From a virus (Duplodnaviria; Caudoviricetes), in the IMG/VR virus record IMGVR_UViG_3300010398_000021, positions 1-36,390 of that record: DNA of 36,390 bases; one strand, given 5' to 3'. The position numbers were made by a program, and so were the translations under genes. Below, piece after piece: positions 33,210 through 36,390 of the stretch; position 1 is the stretch's first letter; each line of letters starts with the position of its first letter. The notes under the pieces are model-generated. The model searched no databases. It was given only the letters and a program-made list of their open reading frames with translations, and had not been told where the DNA came from.

Positions 33210-34997
33210 ATGACCGTATCAACCACTATTAACAAGATCACGTATCAAGGCAACGGCTCGACGACGGCGTTCAGTTTCAACTTCGCCTTCCCGGCAGGGC
33301 TGACTAGCTCTCAGGCGGCACAGTTGCTATCGGTGGTGGTTGTTGACCCGACTGGTACATCAACGCCAATCAACTTTGGACCGGGCGTGACACAGTACCA
33401 GCTCAACATACTGCTACCGATAGCGCCTAATCCAACCAGCGTGGGTGGCGTGGTCACCTACGCGCCGAACGGTGTGCCACTAGCCGTCGGCAACTTCATT
33501 ACTATCACCCGCCTTCTACCCGATGTTCAGCCGACCTCGCTCCAGGCTCAAGGCACGCTCTATCAACCGGTGGTCGAGCAAACGTTCGACTATCTGACCA
33601 TGCTAACCCAGCAGCTGATCAATGCAGCTGGGCGCAACATCATGGCGCCGCCGACTGACCCGGCGGGGCTCAACTACGTCCTACCGGCTGCTGGTGCCCG
33701 TGCTAATTCAGCGCTGGTGTTCGACGCCAGTGGCAACGTCGCTACTGGCGTCCTACCCTCCGGCGGCGTGATCTCTACGCCCATGATCCCAGTGTGCGGC
33801 GCCGCCTCGATACCCGTGGCGCGCACAGCGCTGGGCCTTGGCACGATAGCCACCGAGGGCATCGGCGGTGGCCTTCAAGATGATGGCGCTAGCAACGTCA
33901 GGGTTATCTTTGCCATCAACAAGATCAGTGGACCGGCTACCGTCGTTATTGGGAACTACCTTCAGAGGTTCAAAGCGGTTGGCCCACTGACGCTGACGCT
34001 AAGCAAAGCCAGCACAACGTACTTCAATGGGTTTGGGTTCTGGCTGGAGGTGCTACCACAGTCAACCGGCCCAGTGACCATTGCCATCGACGCAGGTGAC
34101 CAGTTCGAGAACCTGCCGAGCGGCGCCAGCGTCGTTGCGCAGCCGGGCTCGTCTGCGTTCATCAGCACCGATGGCGCGTCCAATGCCATCTGGTACCTAG
34201 AACTCTCCCGTGGCGCTCAGGCCACGGCGCCGCCGGTTGGATCGTTCTCTGGTGGCCTGTCCATTGATGTGGCGAGCAACACGACAGCGACTTGCAGCGT
34301 TGGATCGGTTGTCGTTAGCGATGGGCAGAACTACTTCACGACGACCCCAACCGGCGGCATCAACACAGCCACCATCGGTCCCGGCGGCCTTGATGTGGGG
34401 CCACTGGCCGTCAACACGTTCTACAATGTGTGGGTAATCTACGGCACTCTATCGGGCACGTCGACGTGGATCATGAGCCTCGCCAGTACGTTCACGGCGC
34501 TGAAGGCCAATCTACCGGCGACGTACAATGCCGGTGCCCTGCTGGGCATATTGAAGACCGCCCCAGCCTCGACGAACCTGATGGGGACGAGGCAACGGTT
34601 ACGGCGGGTCGAGTACCTGCCGGGCGTCGGCGCAACCACCGGCCTCCCCAGTGTGATCAGTGGGACTCAAGGTAGTATTAGCGTTCCCACTTGGGTTAGC
34701 ACGGCGCTAACTGGCATAGTCCCGGCTGGCGCAGCGTCGTACGACGTAGTGCTATCGTATCAGACCACCTCGGGCGCGTCGGCTTGTATGGCAGCGCCCA
34801 GCAGCAACTATGGCGCAATCACCTCGACAACCAATCCGCCGCCGCTGTCGTTGAGTGGCTTCCAGACGGCTGGTGCGGGGCTCAACAATAATAGCCCAGA
34901 GACAGCTATGGCAACCTTCCTCGGCCCTGGCCCGGTGTTCTATGCCAGCAGCGGCGCCGGTGGCGTCTTCATCAAGGGATTCGACCTTAACATATGA
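33210..34997 (+). CDS. Tail fibre with T7 gp17-like N-terminal anchor domain
   Basis: YQGNGSTTAFSFNF, ITITRLLP, EQTFDYLTMLTQQL, ARTALGLGTIAT fibre motif; no signal peptide. Confidence 0.85.
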   Translation: MTVSTTINKITYQGNGSTTAFSFNFAFPAGLTSSQAAQLLSVVVVDPTGTSTPINFGPGVTQYQLNILLPIAPNPTSVGGVVTYAPNGVPLAVGNFITITRLLPDVQPTSLQAQGTLYQPVVEQTFDYLTMLTQQLINAAGRNIMAPPTDPAGLNYVLPAAGARANSALVFDASGNVATGVLPSGGVISTPMIPVCGAASIPVARTALGLGTIATEGIGGGLQDDGASNVRVIFAINKISGPATVVIGNYLQRFKAVGPLTLTLSKASTTYFNGFGFWLEVLPQSTGPVTIAIDAGDQFENLPSGASVVAQPGSSAFISTDGASNAIWYLELSRGAQATAPPVGSFSGGLSIDVASNTTATCSVGSVVVSDGQNYFTTTPTGGINTATIGPGGLDVGPLAVNTFYNVWVIYGTLSGTSTWIMSLASTFTALKANLPATYNAGALLGILKTAPASTNLMGTRQRLRRVEYLPGVGATTGLPSVISGTQGSISVPTWVSTALTGIVPAGAASYDVVLSYQTTSGASACMAAPSSNYGAITSTTNPPPLSLSGFQTAGAGLNNNSPETAMATFLGPGPVFYASSGAGGVFIKGFDLNI

Positions 34998-35004
34998 GGT
35001 AACC

Positions 35005-35187
35005 ATGCCCAGTACATCAGCTAAACAGGCCCGGTTCATGGCAATGGTCGCTCATGATCCGGCTGCTGCCAAGCGCGTGGGCGTTCCACAGTCGGTTGGC
35101 AAAGAGTTCAACCAAGCGGATGCTAAGACTGGCATCTTGCGTAAGAAGAAACCGAAAGGAAACCCGGGTAATGACAGACGATACTGA
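35005..35187 (+). CDS. Conserved small basic phage protein (60 aa)
   Basis: GAGGT SD; MPSTSAKQARFMAMVAHDP..AKRVGVPQSVGKEFNQAD, a pattern common in phage late regions. Confidence 0.75.
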   Translation: MPSTSAKQARFMAMVAHDPAAAKRVGVPQSVGKEFNQADAKTGILRKKKPKGNPGNDRRY

Positions 35188-35548
35188 AGAACTCCGTACG
35201 CTGAAAGAAATTCGGCGTGAGCTTGCCACTATCCGTGAACTCGTAGGCAAGGTGATCTTCTACATCACCGAGGCCGAGACCGAGGTCCACGAGAAGATGC
35301 GCCGATTCACTATGTACATGCACGACATCCACGACATCACGTACATGTACGAGCAGCGGGGGCTACCGGTCCCGGAGTGGATCAACCGGGAACTGGAGCG
35401 GTGCGATGATCGTTTCAGGCAATTACTGAACGAGGCACATCTGGAAGGCGGCACCTTTGCCAAGGTCCGGGCAGAGATGGCGAAAGACCCATTTGCCAAA
35501 TGGGACCACACTAGACGTATCGAACACTTCAAAGGAGATCGTAAATGA
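35171..35548 (+). CDS. Hypothetical helical protein (125 aa)
   Basis: AAGGA SD before ATG 35171. Confidence 0.7.
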   Translation: MTDDTEELRTLKEIRRELATIRELVGKVIFYITEAETEVHEKMRRFTMYMHDIHDITYMYEQRGLPVPEWINRELERCDDRFRQLLNEAHLEGGTFAKVRAEMAKDPFAKWDHTRRIEHFKGDRK

Positions 35549-35775
35549 AGCAAGGCAGAGCAACTAGGGACGTAAGCGAGTCCCACAAGGTCGAGCCGAC
35601 CAGTAAGTCGATCAACCCCACCTTCGTGGCGCAGATGGGAAATATGCAAGGCGACCACGTCACGGACAAGGGAGACATCCCGTTCAAGACTGAGCCCTTG
35701 CATCAGGGCCAGACTTTGAAGGCGCCAATGGCTGGCACCACCTGTCACCACTCTGGATCACAAGGAAAACACTAA
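35545..35775 (+). CDS. Hypothetical low-complexity protein (76 aa)
   Basis: AAGGAG SD; ends HHSGSQGKH. Confidence 0.7.
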   Translation: MKQGRATRDVSESHKVEPTSKSINPTFVAQMGNMQGDHVTDKGDIPFKTEPLHQGQTLKAPMAGTTCHHSGSQGKH

Positions 35776-36044
35776 TGGCTATCACACTGGAACGCATCGC
35801 CACTCTGTTGCAGGTAGCAGATTTGGCGGCGAAGTACGGCAACCTGAATGGCATACTGGGCCTCGCCAACGGTGAGCTTATAGAAGCCAATAAGGAGGCC
35901 CTTAAGCAGCTGGAGGAGAAGCAGAAGAAGGAAGCCGAGGAGCGGGCTAAGCAGTTTGCCGAAGCTAAAGCGGCCCAAGAGGCCGAGGAAAAAAAATCAA
36001 CTGAGTCAGCAGAACCAGAGCACGCAAGTGCAAGGAGGATATAA
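35775..36044 (+). CDS. Hypothetical charged coiled-coil protein (89 aa)
   Basis: TAATG coupling; ends SARRI. Confidence 0.7.
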   Translation: MAITLERIATLLQVADLAAKYGNLNGILGLANGELIEANKEALKQLEEKQKKEAEERAKQFAEAKAAQEAEEKKSTESAEPEHASARRI

Positions 36045-36292
36045 TGGCGAGACCAATCCTAAGCGAGTACGGGCCGGAGCGCACAGTCGGTCCAAAGAGC
36101 CCACCCGGCGGCGTCACGTCCGCTAAGCCGCTGTCGTACTCCGAACCCACTGGCCGGAAGAACATGGGCCGTGGGCCGGGCGACAACGCATCCGTCCACA
36201 AGTCAGGATCACAAGGCAGCTATGGACACTGTGACACAAGCGGAGGACCCGGCATCGGAGGGGACAAGCACCCCGGCGGTTCCCAGCGGTAA
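36044..36292 (+). CDS. Hypothetical Gly/Pro/Ser-rich protein (82 aa)
   Basis: AAGGAGG SD; HKSGSQG and HPGGSQ motifs. Confidence 0.7.
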   Translation: MARPILSEYGPERTVGPKSPPGGVTSAKPLSYSEPTGRKNMGRGPGDNASVHKSGSQGSYGHCDTSGGPGIGGDKHPGGSQR

Positions 36293-36390
36293 GGCCGCTA
36301 CGACGCCACCACCTACGGCGCCAGCGAAGATACTTCAAATCCAGCAGCTGGAGGGGCTGGCATCCCTCTTGGCACTGGATCAGGATGGCA

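Noticed and set aside
20041-34997. Diversity-generating retroelement, expected from BPP-1-like head genes
   Set aside because: No reverse transcriptase motif and no template/variable repeat pair seen in the window
1-36390. Integrase, att sites or host flanking genes
   Set aside because: None recognised; lifestyle and prophage status cannot be determined from this window

Overview
The whole window is one gene-dense phage (or prophage) genome segment with a podovirus-like, Bordetella BPP-1-type head module, probably infecting an alphaproteobacterium (inference from a PEPxxW-type PEP-CTERM gene and RegR/PrrA-like boxes). 1-10.9 kb (minus strand): replication/recombination arm with a family-A DNA polymerase split into a UDG+ExoI/II gene and an ExoIII+polymerase gene, DUF6378-like protein, DUF669-like SSB, AAA_24/Sak4-like ATPase, Cas4/RecB-like nuclease, SF1 helicase and small accessory genes including an Acb2/Tad1-like hairpin protein and a PEP-CTERM protein. 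10.9-11.1 kb: divergent sigma70-type promoters with twin palindromic operators. 11.2-15.3 kb: early accessory genes separated by strongly structured intergenic segments. 15.4-15.8 kb: large inverted-repeat region, a candidate terminus/pac/origin. 15.8-36.4 kb (plus strand): GIY-YIG, terminase, portal, scaffold, major capsid, cement protein, then a cluster of cysteine-paired fibre/decoration-like proteins with N-terminal Sec-type signal peptides, two endolysins, holin candidates, a LuxR-type HTH, a T7-gp17-type tail fibre and small late proteins. The most striking observations are the exported, disulfide-pattern fibre/decoration cluster inside the morphogenesis operon, the phage-encoded PEP-CTERM protein, a shared C-terminal F-x-R-R-[V/A] tail on unrelated proteins, and the polymerase split through its proofreading domain. 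All family assignments are by motif recognition by eye; no searches or folding programs were run.
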